Positions 1 to 7,461 of a stretch of 17,222 nucleotides of DNA are shown piece by piece. The notes under the pieces are model-generated. The model did not search any database. It was not told the origin of the DNA and saw only the letters and a list, made by a program, of their open reading frames with translations. Each line of letters opens with the position of its first letter. Positions within the stretch are counted from its first letter, which is position 1. The position numbers were made by a program, and so were the translations under genes. This DNA is from Candidatus Micrarchaeia archaeon (lineage in GTDB: Archaea > Micrarchaeota > Micrarchaeia > Burarchaeales > JACRGF01): assembly GCA_038870455.1 (NCBI GenBank), contig JAWCPB010000025.1:1-17222 (forward strand), read 5' to 3'.

Positions 1-811
1 CAACGGGCAGGAAGAGGAGCGCCTTTCCATCGCCCTTGCGCGCGCTCAGCGATATCACATAGAAGCCTGGCGGGAGGGGCGGAAAGGCGTAGGAAAGTTC
101 GGCTTTTGCGCCCCTGGCGAGCGGGAGGGCGAGCACGCCCGAGTTGTTGTTGAGCGAGGAGGTGAGGTTCTGCGATGCCAGGTATTGAGCTTCCAGCAGT
201 GAGCCTGGCGGGAGTTTCCTATCTATGGCGAGGCGCGCCATCTCCTCGTTCCTGCCGTGGTCGCCCACCATCACCTCAACGGACACGAGCACATCGGCGC
301 CCTCCCCCATGTTCTCAAGCGCCGCGCTCACGCCGTTTTTGCGCGCCTGGCCGCTGGCAAAGCGCAGGAAGGAGTTGGAGGCGTTGGCAACTGTGAAGGA
401 AGCCGAGGCAAGGGCGGTGTCGGGCTTGTGGGGAAGCCCTCCAACAGCCCACCCGTTTGAGAAGGCAAACAGCGCGAGGGAATGCTCGCCGTCGTTAGTG
501 TTGGCCGGAACCCGCCAGGAAAGAGTGACGCGCCGGCTTTCGTTGGCGCGCAGGCTGAAGGAGGCCGGAAGCCAAAAGGCGTCGATGATGTCGCTCCCGC
601 GCAGCACCTCAGCAAAAATGCGGATGTTGGAGAGGGGCACGCCGAAAGACTCCTTTATCTCTGCGCTCGCGAGCAGCGTCTCGCCCGCCGCGTAGAGGGG
701 CTTGTTGGTGTAGAAGTCCGCGACCGAAACCATGTAGGGAGACCAGTAGTCAGTGCAGGGCGCGGCGGCGGACAGAGCCGCGAGCAAAAAGAGAAAGGCA
801 GGGGCGCGCAT
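1..811 (-). CDS. Secreted/surface protein with probable Ig-like beta-sandwich domains (3'-partial, runs off the window)
   Basis: Not in the ORF track because there is no stop in the window. My translation from ATG 811 is open for 270 codons: MRAPAFLFLLAALSAAAPCTDYWSPY...FYTNKPLYAAGETLLASAEI...SLRANESRRVTLSWRVPANTNDGEHSLALF...PPLPPGFYVISLSA. It has a signal peptide, beta-rich patterns, N-x-S/T sequons and an AT-rich TATA-like element at 831-840. Confidence 0.75.
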   Translation of the reverse strand, partial: MRAPAFLFLLAALSAAAPCTDYWSPYMVSVADFYTNKPLYAAGETLLASAEIKESFGVPLSNIRIFAEVLRGSDIIDAFWLPASFSLRANESRRVTLSWRVPANTNDGEHSLALFAFSNGWAVGGLPHKPDTALASASFTVANASNSFLRFASGQARKNGVSAALENMGEGADVLVSVEVMVGDHGRNEEMARLAIDRKLPPGSLLEAQYLASQNLTSSLNNNSGVLALPLARGAKAELSYAFPPLPPGFYVISLSARKGDGKALLFLPV

Positions 812-861
812 GCAGGCAGTAAGCAGGCAGTTAATAAAAACGTTTGCGGTTGAACGCGGAG

Positions 862-1500
862 TCAGTATTCGTCGGTGAGCTTTTTCTGCCTGAGCCTGCC
901 AACCGTCTCCCACTCGCTCCTGAGGTACTTGCGCACGGCCGGGCGCTGCCAGTTCTCCTTCAGAAAGGCCATCGTCCTCGGGTCGCTGGAGTAGCCAGAG
1001 CCGAAGTCGTGGCCCAGCTCCCTCTTTATCTTCTCTATGTCGGCGTCGCGCTCTACTTTTGCTATGATTGAAGCCGCCCCCACCACAACGTATTTTGCGT
1101 CTGCCCTGTTCTCGCACATGATGCGCGCACTCCCCCTGTAATAACGCCTTATGCGCTTTGCGAACTTCTCGGGCTGTGGGTCGGGCGAATCGATGAAAAC
1201 TTCATCGCACTTCACCCCGTTCAGCGCCTCGCCCAGCCGCATCGCCTCAATCTCGTTCAGCGAGTGCTTCTTCATCAGGCTGTTGAGCTCCCTCGCAGTG
1301 ATTTTAATTATGGTGAGGCCGCAGAGGGAACGGATGTGGCGGGCTATCCGCTCGCGCGAGGAGGGAGAGAGAAGCTTGCTGTCCCGCGCCCCGAGCGCCT
1401 TGAGCCTTGCTTCTGCTTCCCTCGGGCATGCCGCGATGCACAGCACGAGGGGGCCGAGCACGCAGCCCCTGCCCGCCTCGTCAGCGCCCGCGGTAATCAT
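862..1500 (-). CDS. rnhB: Ribonuclease HII with C-terminal PIP-box-like motif
   Basis: Motifs GADEAGRG.VLGPL, RDSKLL, IDS, AD.KY.VVGAASIIAKVERD and DFGSGY.SDP.T; C-terminal QKKLTDEY. ATG 1500 preferred over 1509 because the TATA at 1522-1529 lies 21 nt upstream. Confidence 0.97.
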   Translation of the reverse strand: MITAGADEAGRGCVLGPLVLCIAACPREAEARLKALGARDSKLLSPSSRERIARHIRSLCGLTIIKITARELNSLMKKHSLNEIEAMRLGEALNGVKCDEVFIDSPDPQPEKFAKRIRRYYRGSARIMCENRADAKYVVVGAASIIAKVERDADIEKIKRELGHDFGSGYSSDPRTMAFLKENWQRPAVRKYLRSEWETVGRLRQKKLTDEY

Positions 1501-1533
1501 GCAGGGCATTTGCAGAACAAGTTTTTAAAGCGG

Positions 1534-1791
1534 CTATGCGCCGAGGCCCTTCTTGTCCACGATGATGTGGTCGCCGACAGCCAGCACAGCCTGGTAGGGA
1601 ATGAACACGAGCCCGTCTTCCCTCCTGAGCTTGCGCGCGGTGGAGTTGTCCGGGTTCGGCTCCACCACAAGGTTCTCGAGCTTTCCCGTGGTTTCATTCA
1701 CGATGATGTCGACGAGCTTTCCGATCTCCTCGCCGTCGTTGCTTATGAGGCGCTTTCCTGCTAGCTGTTTTGCTATTGCGAGCTTCACCAT
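1534..1791 (-). CDS. Single-domain PRC-barrel protein (CdpB-like, possibly cell division)
   Basis: 85 aa with the PRC pattern L.GK.LISNDGEEIGKLVDIIVNETTGKLENLVV...FIPYQAVLAVGDHIIV; GGTGA ribosome-binding site at 1796-1800. Confidence 0.88.
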   Translation of the reverse strand: MVKLAIAKQLAGKRLISNDGEEIGKLVDIIVNETTGKLENLVVEPNPDNSTARKLRREDGLVFIPYQAVLAVGDHIIVDKKGLGA

Positions 1792-1853
1792 GCAGTCACC
1801 TTGGCAGCATTTCTTTGCCTTTCTTTAAATACCTTTCGCCCGAAAAATGCGGC

Positions 1854-2714
1854 ATGCGCGAGCTCGCCAACCTCGCGGTGCTGCTGGGGTCGCTCGTGCT
1901 CTACGCGCTGCATGTGGGGATGAGCCGCGAGCTCGGGCTCTTCGTGAGCGCGGTGTTCTACTTCCTCGTGGCGGGCGCGCTGGCCTACACAAGCCTGCTC
2001 GCGGAGTGGGCGCTGCGCGGAAAGGTTTCTGCGCTGCCGGGCGCGCTCGCGGCTGTCGAAGAAGGCTGGTGGCTGCTGGCCCTGCCGACAATAGCCCTCT
2101 CTTTCGCCGGCTTCAGCATGGATGTGGGGAGAGCGAGGGCGCTGCTGTGGATTCCGGAGTACGTAGTGCTCACGGCGTTCCTTGGAGGAGCCGCGCTGGG
2201 CTTCCGCATCTGGGGCGCGAGCGAGGGAAAACGGCACGCGCCGAGGTTCCTGTGGCAGGATTCCCACCCTGCGGGCGGGGTGATCGACCACATCGCCTTC
2301 AGGCTCCACGCCCTGCTCGGGGGATGCGCGGCCGCCCTAGCGCTCGCGGTGGCGGTTTTCGCCGCGAGCCACGCGCTAAGAATTCCTGTGTATGCGCAGG
2401 CGTGGACGGCCATGCTCGTGAGTGGGATTGCGTTCTTCTCCACCCTCCTCTTCCGCATCGAGCACCTCGAGAGGAGCGCGCTGACGGAAGAGGCGGCCTG
2501 CAACAACGACGTGCTGCACGACAGGGTGGAGTCGCTCGTGCCGTTCGCCGAGATGAAGGAGGTCGCCCTGCAGGAGGAGGCCGGCTTGGCTGTCGTCACA
2601 GACAGGCTGGGGGGAAAACGCGCTTTCGTGGTGTACGACGCGAGGGGATTCGCCGAGGCGTGCAGGAGGAAGAGGCTTCCGCTCGTCAGGCTCGGCGCCC
2701 TAAAAGCCTCTTGA
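1854..2714 (+). CDS. Polytopic membrane protein (about 6-7 TM) with a small soluble C-terminal domain, possibly PH-like
   Basis: Several hydrophobic stretches followed by a polar domain of about 80 aa. ATG 1854 lies 22 nt after TTTAAATA (1824-1831). Confidence 0.75.
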   Translation: MRELANLAVLLGSLVLYALHVGMSRELGLFVSAVFYFLVAGALAYTSLLAEWALRGKVSALPGALAAVEEGWWLLALPTIALSFAGFSMDVGRARALLWIPEYVVLTAFLGGAALGFRIWGASEGKRHAPRFLWQDSHPAGGVIDHIAFRLHALLGGCAAALALAVAVFAASHALRIPVYAQAWTAMLVSGIAFFSTLLFRIEHLERSALTEEAACNNDVLHDRVESLVPFAEMKEVALQEEAGLAVVTDRLGGKRAFVVYDARGFAEACRRKRLPLVRLGALKAS

Positions 2715-3909
2715 GCACGGCGAGGAGCAGAAGGGCGAGTAAGAAGACCGTAAGCACTTTGTAGAGAGGGTTTTCCTCCTCCTGCGGCGGCGGAGCTGCT
2801 GCTATCGTGACGTTCGCAGCGCACGAGCGCCCGCTCGGGACGAGGCCCTCGGGGCAGCCGCAGAGAATGGAATTCTCAACGAGCCTGCCGTTCAGGCAGA
2901 ACAGGGGCCGCGTGCGGCTGCAGGCGCTGTAAGGAGTGCCGTCAGAACACGCCGGCGCGAGGCACGACTCGTTGGCTTTGACCATGTCGGCGGGGCAGCC
3001 GCAGATGCTCGCGCGCTCTACGAGGGAGCCGTTCAGGCAGAACAACGGCTGTGTCGGAGAACACCTGTTAACAGGGGTGCCGTCCTCGCACGCCGTGACC
3101 TCGCAGCCGTTGCCGCGCGGCACAGAGCGCGGCGGGCAGCCGCACCTTGACGAGTTTTCAACGAGCGCGCCGTCCAGGCAATAGAGGGGCTTTGACGCGC
3201 TGCAGGCTCCGAAGGGCGTGCCGTCAGAACACTTCGGCGGAGTGCAGCCCTCGCCGGCCGGCGTGTAGTTGGCCGGGCAGCCGCACAAACTCGCGCGCTC
3301 GACAAGGCGGCCGGTCGCGGCATCGCAGTAAAGCGGCTTTGACGCGCTGCAGGCTCCGAAGGGCGTGCCGTCAGGGCACGAGAGCTGGACGCACTCCTCA
3401 AAGTACTGGGCGAAGCCAGGCGGGCAGCCGCACAGGCTCGCCCTGTCGGTGAGCACGCCGGCCACGCAGTACTTGGGCTTGCTCGCGCTGCACTCGCCGC
3501 TGAAAGTCCCGTCGCTGCACACGAGCCGGCACTCGGCGATTCCGCGAATGCGCAGCACCGTGACCGTGACGTCCCACGGGAGGGCGGCAAAGTCGCCTTC
3601 CATGAGCACGGCCGAGGCGTTCGCCCCGGCCGATGGGTTGGCAAAGAACAGCGACGCGCTCTTATTGCCGTATGCGGGAGCACAGCTCTCATCGCAGGCC
3701 ACCTCGATGGAGAGAGAGCGCGGGACCATCGTTATCTCGTAGGTTATGCTCACGCTCTCGTTCTCGCGCACGTTCTGAATCGAGTACACCTCGGCCTGCG
3801 CGGCTATCTGCACGTCAACGGCCTTCTCGATGAAGCGCGGGCGGCAGGGCTGCGCGTGGGAAAGGGCGAGCAGGAGCAGAAGCATGAGCGAGGCGATCGG
3901 CGTTCTCAC
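2686..3909 (-). CDS. Cysteine-rich repeat surface protein (signal peptide, five 6-Cys repeats, C-terminal TM anchor)
   Basis: GTG 3909 overlaps the endA stop (GTGA). MRTPIASLMLLLLLALSHA is a signal peptide. Five repeats of CxDGT..xCS..xPx(Y/F)C..G.L...xCGCP...C. C-terminal VLTVFLLALLLLAVL followed by KRLLGRRA. The extension to 4329 in the ORF track overlaps endA and is rejected. Confidence 0.85.
   Translation of the reverse strand: MRTPIASLMLLLLLALSHAQPCRPRFIEKAVDVQIAAQAEVYSIQNVRENESVSITYEITMVPRSLSIEVACDESCAPAYGNKSASLFFANPSAGANASAVLMEGDFAALPWDVTVTVLRIRGIAECRLVCSDGTFSGECSASKPKYCVAGVLTDRASLCGCPPGFAQYFEECVQLSCPDGTPFGACSASKPLYCDAATGRLVERASLCGCPANYTPAGEGCTPPKCSDGTPFGACSASKPLYCLDGALVENSSRCGCPPRSVPRGNGCEVTACEDGTPVNRCSPTQPLFCLNGSLVERASICGCPADMVKANESCLAPACSDGTPYSACSRTRPLFCLNGRLVENSILCGCPEGLVPSGRSCAANVTIAAAPPPQEEENPLYKVLTVFLLALLLLAVLKRLLGRRA
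2821..3520 (-). repeat. Intragenic tandem repeat, five units of about 141-147 bp
   Basis: Protein repeats of 47-49 aa. An exact 40-bp duplication (ggctttgacgcgctgcaggctccgaagggcgtgccgtcag) sits at 3188-3227 and 3335-3374, a 147-bp period. Confidence 0.9.
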
Positions 3910-5069
3910 GGTTGTTCCCACTCTATCTCGTAATACTCGTATGGGGAGCCGGGAAGCTCGAGGCGCTGCACCCTGTAGTAGGTGACGCTCGTCTCCCTGT
4001 CGGCAATGGCGAGCAGGAGGTCGAGGCCGGCCGACTTGGCCTCCTCGATGGCCCGCGCCAGCTCCTCGCCGCCGATGTACTCCTCCTCGCTGAGCGAGAG
4101 CATGAGAAAGCGCGGGCGGTCCTCCCTCGGGTTCTCGATGCCTTCCCTCTTCCTGTGGAAGAGGAGGAAGTCGAGGGCGGCGCGCTTCTGCTTTCCCCTC
4201 GCTCCCGGGATTGCGAGTATGAAAGTCTTCTTCACGCTGTGCGCCACGCGGATGGCGCGCGCCCACTCGCTGATGAGCAGCTTGCTCGCCCTCGGGAACA
4301 CGTGGATGACGTGCCGGCTGTGAATCCACTCCTCCCCAGCCCTCGTGGGCGAGGCCTTGGGGAAGTACAGGCGGAAGTGCGTGCCGAACTTGAAGCCCGT
4401 CTTGAGTATGAACCCGCGCAGGCGCCAGTCCTCGAAAACCTCGTACATGCTCGCGAAGTCAGGCCTCCGCCTGACAGCCTCCTTCACGACCTTCTTCTCG
4501 CTCGCGTTCTCGAGCGAAAGCCCGCCGTGGCGCAGCAGGAAAAGCGTCTCGTACACATCGAGCTTGTTCAGCCTGCCCCTCTGCTCGGCCTTGTACGAGC
4601 CGAACTGGCCGAGCCAGTAGTTCTCGTAAAGCTCCCTGCCGACAACCTCGTCATCCACAACCGCCCACAGGTCATCCTGGTAAAAGCGCGCACGCACGGC
4701 GTACTTTGGCGGGGAGAACTTCGCGCTCGGATACCTCTTCACTGGCGAGCGGCCGTACCCTCCCTCGCACTCGGCCACGGGCCTGGCTATGAGGCCCCTG
4801 TCCCTCCAGTCCTTGTAGGTGAAGTAGCGCGCCATCTGCTTGTCCGCGGCAAACTTGGCCGCGAGCTCGTTGAACCGAAGCTCGTTGCCGGCCTCGTCGA
4901 AGCAGCGCGCGTTGCGGATGTCCAGCAGGTAAAGCGCCTCCTCCGGAAAAAGCTCTATGACTCCCTTCTGCATCCTGCCGTAGAAGCCGCGCGCGAGGGC
5001 GCCGACGCTCTCCGGCTCCTCCACGAGAACGGCGTTGCGCTCCGCAGAATATTTTAGGGACAGCGCCAT
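3906..5069 (-). CDS. endA: tRNA splicing endonuclease, three-unit epsilon2 (ARMAN/Micrarchaeota) type
   Basis: 387 aa with repeated EndA units (PEEALYL/YKDWRDRG and VYETLFL/FEDWRLRG), KTGFKFGTHFRLY and RVAHSVKK. Candidate triad Y235/H250/K281, loop GQFGSYK160AEQRG, and R274/W384 match the ARMAN-2 layout as I recall it. Confidence 0.95.
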   Translation of the reverse strand: MALSLKYSAERNAVLVEEPESVGALARGFYGRMQKGVIELFPEEALYLLDIRNARCFDEAGNELRFNELAAKFAADKQMARYFTYKDWRDRGLIARPVAECEGGYGRSPVKRYPSAKFSPPKYAVRARFYQDDLWAVVDDEVVGRELYENYWLGQFGSYKAEQRGRLNKLDVYETLFLLRHGGLSLENASEKKVVKEAVRRRPDFASMYEVFEDWRLRGFILKTGFKFGTHFRLYFPKASPTRAGEEWIHSRHVIHVFPRASKLLISEWARAIRVAHSVKKTFILAIPGARGKQKRAALDFLLFHRKREGIENPREDRPRFLMLSLSEEEYIGGEELARAIEEAKSAGLDLLLAIADRETSVTYYRVQRLELPGSPYEYYEIEWEQP

Positions 5070-5104
5070 GAATGGTTTTAATATGCAAAAACTAAATAAT
5101 CAGC
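5070..5104. promoter_or_regulatory. Divergent promoter region for endA and taw1
   Basis: 35-bp AT-rich spacer. TTTTAATA (5076-5083) is 21 nt before the taw1 ATG, and minus-strand ATTATTTA (5100-5093) is 23 nt before the endA ATG. Confidence 0.7.
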
Positions 5105-6127
5105 ATGGTTTCAGAAGAGCTCGCGGGCATTCTCAGAAGGCAGAAGTACAGGCTTTTCGGAAACAACGCGGCCGCCAAGCTGTGCCTCTGGACGAGGAGG
5201 GCGCTGCTTGGGAAGGGAGTGTGCTACAAGCAGCAGTTTTACGGCATAGCCAGCCACAGGTGCCTCCAGCTCACTCCGTGCGTGGCCTCGTGCACGCAGA
5301 ACTGCCTGTTCTGCTGGAGAGTCGGCGAGTTCGCCCCGGCAGTGGCGGGAGAGGACGAGCCTGAGGAGATAATAGAGGGGGCGCTGGCTGCCCAGAGAAC
5401 AATGCTCAGCGGATACGGGGGGGAGGCGAGGGTGGAGAAAAAGCTTCTCGCCGAGGCGGCTAGGCCGGCGCACGCCGCCATCAGCCTGGCCGGCGAGCCC
5501 ACGATGTACGGCAGGCTGCCCGAGCTGGTCGCCGGCTTTCACGCGATGGGCATGACCACGTTCGTCGTCTCGAATGGAAGCAACCCGCGGATGATTCAGG
5601 AAATCGAGCCGACACAGCTTTATGTTTCGGCCATCGCGCCGGACAAGCAGAGCTTCACTGCGCTGGGGCGGCCCATGCTGCCCGATGCGTGGGAGCGCTT
5701 CAACGCATCGCTGAAAGTCCTGTCTAAGAAAAAAGGAAGAACGGTGATGAGGCTGACTCTCGTGAAGCCGCACAACCTGCACTCGCCGGAAAAATGGGCC
5801 GCGCTGGTCCGCTCCGCCTCCCCGATGTACATGGAGCTCAAGAGCTACATGCACGTGGGGTACAGCACGCTGAGGCTGGGCGCGGAGTGCCAGCCGTCTT
5901 TCGAGGAGGTGAGGAGCCTGGGCCGCGAGCTCGCGCGCGAAACCAATTATTTATATACAAGTGAGTGCAAAGCGAGTAAGGCCGTCCTGCTATGCAGGGA
6001 CGAAGAGGCTGCCGAAAAAAGGATTTTGAAAGGTGGTGGGGTTGGCGATGAACAGGGCAAGGAGAGCGCGCACGAAACGAGTGGAAGCTCGACGAGGCAA
6101 ACGGCAGGGCGCGTTGGCGAGAATTGA
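5105..6127 (+). CDS. taw1: 4-demethylwyosine synthase (archaeal TYW1/Taw1, radical SAM)
   Basis: KLCLWT...CYKQQFYGIASHRCLQLTP, radical-SAM CTQNCLFCWR, HAAISLAGEPTMY, TFVVSNG, PTQLYVS and ELKSYMHVGYS; no flavodoxin domain. Confidence 0.96.
   Translation: MVSEELAGILRRQKYRLFGNNAAAKLCLWTRRALLGKGVCYKQQFYGIASHRCLQLTPCVASCTQNCLFCWRVGEFAPAVAGEDEPEEIIEGALAAQRTMLSGYGGEARVEKKLLAEAARPAHAAISLAGEPTMYGRLPELVAGFHAMGMTTFVVSNGSNPRMIQEIEPTQLYVSAIAPDKQSFTALGRPMLPDAWERFNASLKVLSKKKGRTVMRLTLVKPHNLHSPEKWAALVRSASPMYMELKSYMHVGYSTLRLGAECQPSFEEVRSLGRELARETNYLYTSECKASKAVLLCRDEEAAEKRILKGGGVGDEQGKESAHETSGSSTRQTAGRVGEN
5950..5957 (+). promoter_or_regulatory. Candidate internal TATA box inside taw1
   Basis: TTTATATA within an AT-rich codon patch (AAT TAT TTA TAT ACA) in an otherwise GC-rich gene, upstream of the gene at 6048. 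Confidence 0.45.
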
Positions 6128-6725
6128 GGCAGGGGGAAAGCGCGCGAGAGCGGTCGCGGCGGAGGGCTTTTCGCTCAAGAACCCCAGGTGGGCTTTCTTC
6201 ACGCTGCTGTGGAGCTTCAGCGCGCTGGCGGTCGCCTTCTCTGTCCTGCCTCTCGGCCGGCCGATCTGGCCAATTATTGCCGCGCTCGCGCTCGCTTTCT
6301 TCGCGCTCGAGGTGAGGCTGCAGGCCGGAAGGCTTGACTTCAGGCTGAAGGCGGTGAAGAACGCGCTGTACGCGGGAGTGGCGTTCCTTGTGCTCGCGGT
6401 GGCGGCGCAGGCCGCAGGCGAGTCGCTGGGGCTGTGGAAGACAAGAGGAAGCTACCTCGCGCTCGGACCCGTGCCGGCCGAGCTCGCGCTCGCCGCGTTC
6501 TTCGGGGGAGCGGGCTGGGCGCTCTACCTTCCGAGAAAAAAAGATGTCGTGTTCAGCGCTTTCGACACCGCGCTGTTCGCCATTTTCGGAACACTCGGGG
6601 AGTGGGTGCTGGCCTTCAACGGCCTGCTCGCATACGGGGCCGGCTGGGGGTACCCCCATGCCTTTGCCTCGTACGTCATCGCATGGGCAGTGCTGCACTG
6701 GGCGAGATACGAGTTCTTAGGGTGA
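6048..6725 (+). CDS. Polytopic membrane protein with Arg-rich N-terminus; weak resemblance to lycopene-cyclase-like membrane domains
   Basis: About 6 hydrophobic segments and a GLW...LGPVPAE motif. GGTGG precedes ATG 6048; GTG 6033 is an alternative start. Confidence 0.7.
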   Translation: MNRARRARTKRVEARRGKRQGALARIEAGGKRARAVAAEGFSLKNPRWAFFTLLWSFSALAVAFSVLPLGRPIWPIIAALALAFFALEVRLQAGRLDFRLKAVKNALYAGVAFLVLAVAAQAAGESLGLWKTRGSYLALGPVPAELALAAFFGGAGWALYLPRKKDVVFSAFDTALFAIFGTLGEWVLAFNGLLAYGAGWGYPHAFASYVIAWAVLHWARYEFLG

Positions 6726-6729
6726 TGGC

Positions 6730-7119
6730 GTGATTGCTGGCGGAAAAATCACTTACGTCAAGGCGAGCAGGGAGGGCGGGCGTCCGGCCGGCGTCAAGGT
6801 CTCGATTGAGCTGACCGGGGTGAGCGCGCGCGGGAACGGCCTCGAGGTCGGGTTCGCCTACCTAGCGGACTACGGCGTGGGCGCGCTGCGCATGCGCGGC
6901 AGCATATTCACGAGAGAGGAGAGCGCCGAGCGCGCGGCCTTCCTGTCGGCCGCGTTCAAGGAAAAAAGGCTTCCCGCCGAAGTGTTCAGGGAGCTCGTCG
7001 ATGCCGTGAATCGGCTCTGCAGCGCCGAAGGCGCTTTCGTGGTGACGCCGCTCGAGCTCGCTCCGCCAATGAAGCCGCTGAGCCTGCGGGGAATGCTCGC
7101 CAATTCGCGCGCGGGCTAG
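6730..7119 (+). CDS. Conserved archaeal/DPANN hypothetical protein, possibly SecB-like fold
   Basis: GGTGA RBS before the GTG start. Beta-strands (F.Y.ADY..G.L.M.G.I) are followed by a helix and an L.PP tail, resembling from memory a widespread DPANN family. Confidence 0.6.
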   Translation: MIAGGKITYVKASREGGRPAGVKVSIELTGVSARGNGLEVGFAYLADYGVGALRMRGSIFTREESAERAAFLSAAFKEKRLPAEVFRELVDAVNRLCSAEGAFVVTPLELAPPMKPLSLRGMLANSRAG

Positions 7120-7415
7120 AAGAAGTAGGAGTTGCGGTAGCCCTGGTACTTGACGATCTCCTCGACTGCTTTTGAGAGCTCGCCGGCTTCCGGAACGCCG
7201 ACGAAAGCGACCCTGCCGTTTATCGCTATCGTGGGAGTGACGCTGACCTCGAACTCTTGGGCGCGCGCCGCCCCCTCGGCGGTGGCGAGGCTCACCTCGC
7301 GCAGTATGATCGGCACGCCGAAGCGCTTGCCAACAATCTTTCTGGCCACGCGCAGCGCGCGCGGGGAATGCGGACAGGTTGGTGAGGTCAGCACTTCAAT
7401 GAACACGGGTTCCAT
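7116..7415 (-). CDS. Thioredoxin/glutaredoxin-like protein with CPHS (CxxS) motif
   Basis: IEVLTSPTCPHSP...VTPTIAINGRVAFVGVP, matching the small archaeal thioredoxin pattern including the cis-Pro motif; TATA-like element at about 7448-7455. Confidence 0.88.
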   Translation of the reverse strand: MEPVFIEVLTSPTCPHSPRALRVARKIVGKRFGVPIILREVSLATAEGAARAQEFEVSVTPTIAINGRVAFVGVPEAGELSKAVEEIVKYQGYRNSYFF

Positions 7416-7461
7416 GCGGTCGCCCAATATCTTTTGCGAAAACGAACTATAAAAATGTTCG

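Noticed and set aside
812-830. Tandem gcaggcag repeat upstream of the first gene
   Set aside because: Two 8-bp copies in GC-rich DNA could be chance; no other support.
3188-3374. 40-bp direct repeat as a possible CRISPR array
   Set aside because: Only two copies, in frame within a protein repeat, with a 107-bp spacer and no cas genes.
3910-4329. N-terminal extension of the Cys-rich ORF to 547 aa
   Set aside because: It overlaps endA in another frame; the signal peptide and GTGA coupling place the start at 3909.
3912-5057. 381-aa plus-strand ORF antisense to endA
   Set aside because: Antisense shadow of a well-supported gene with no recognisable features.
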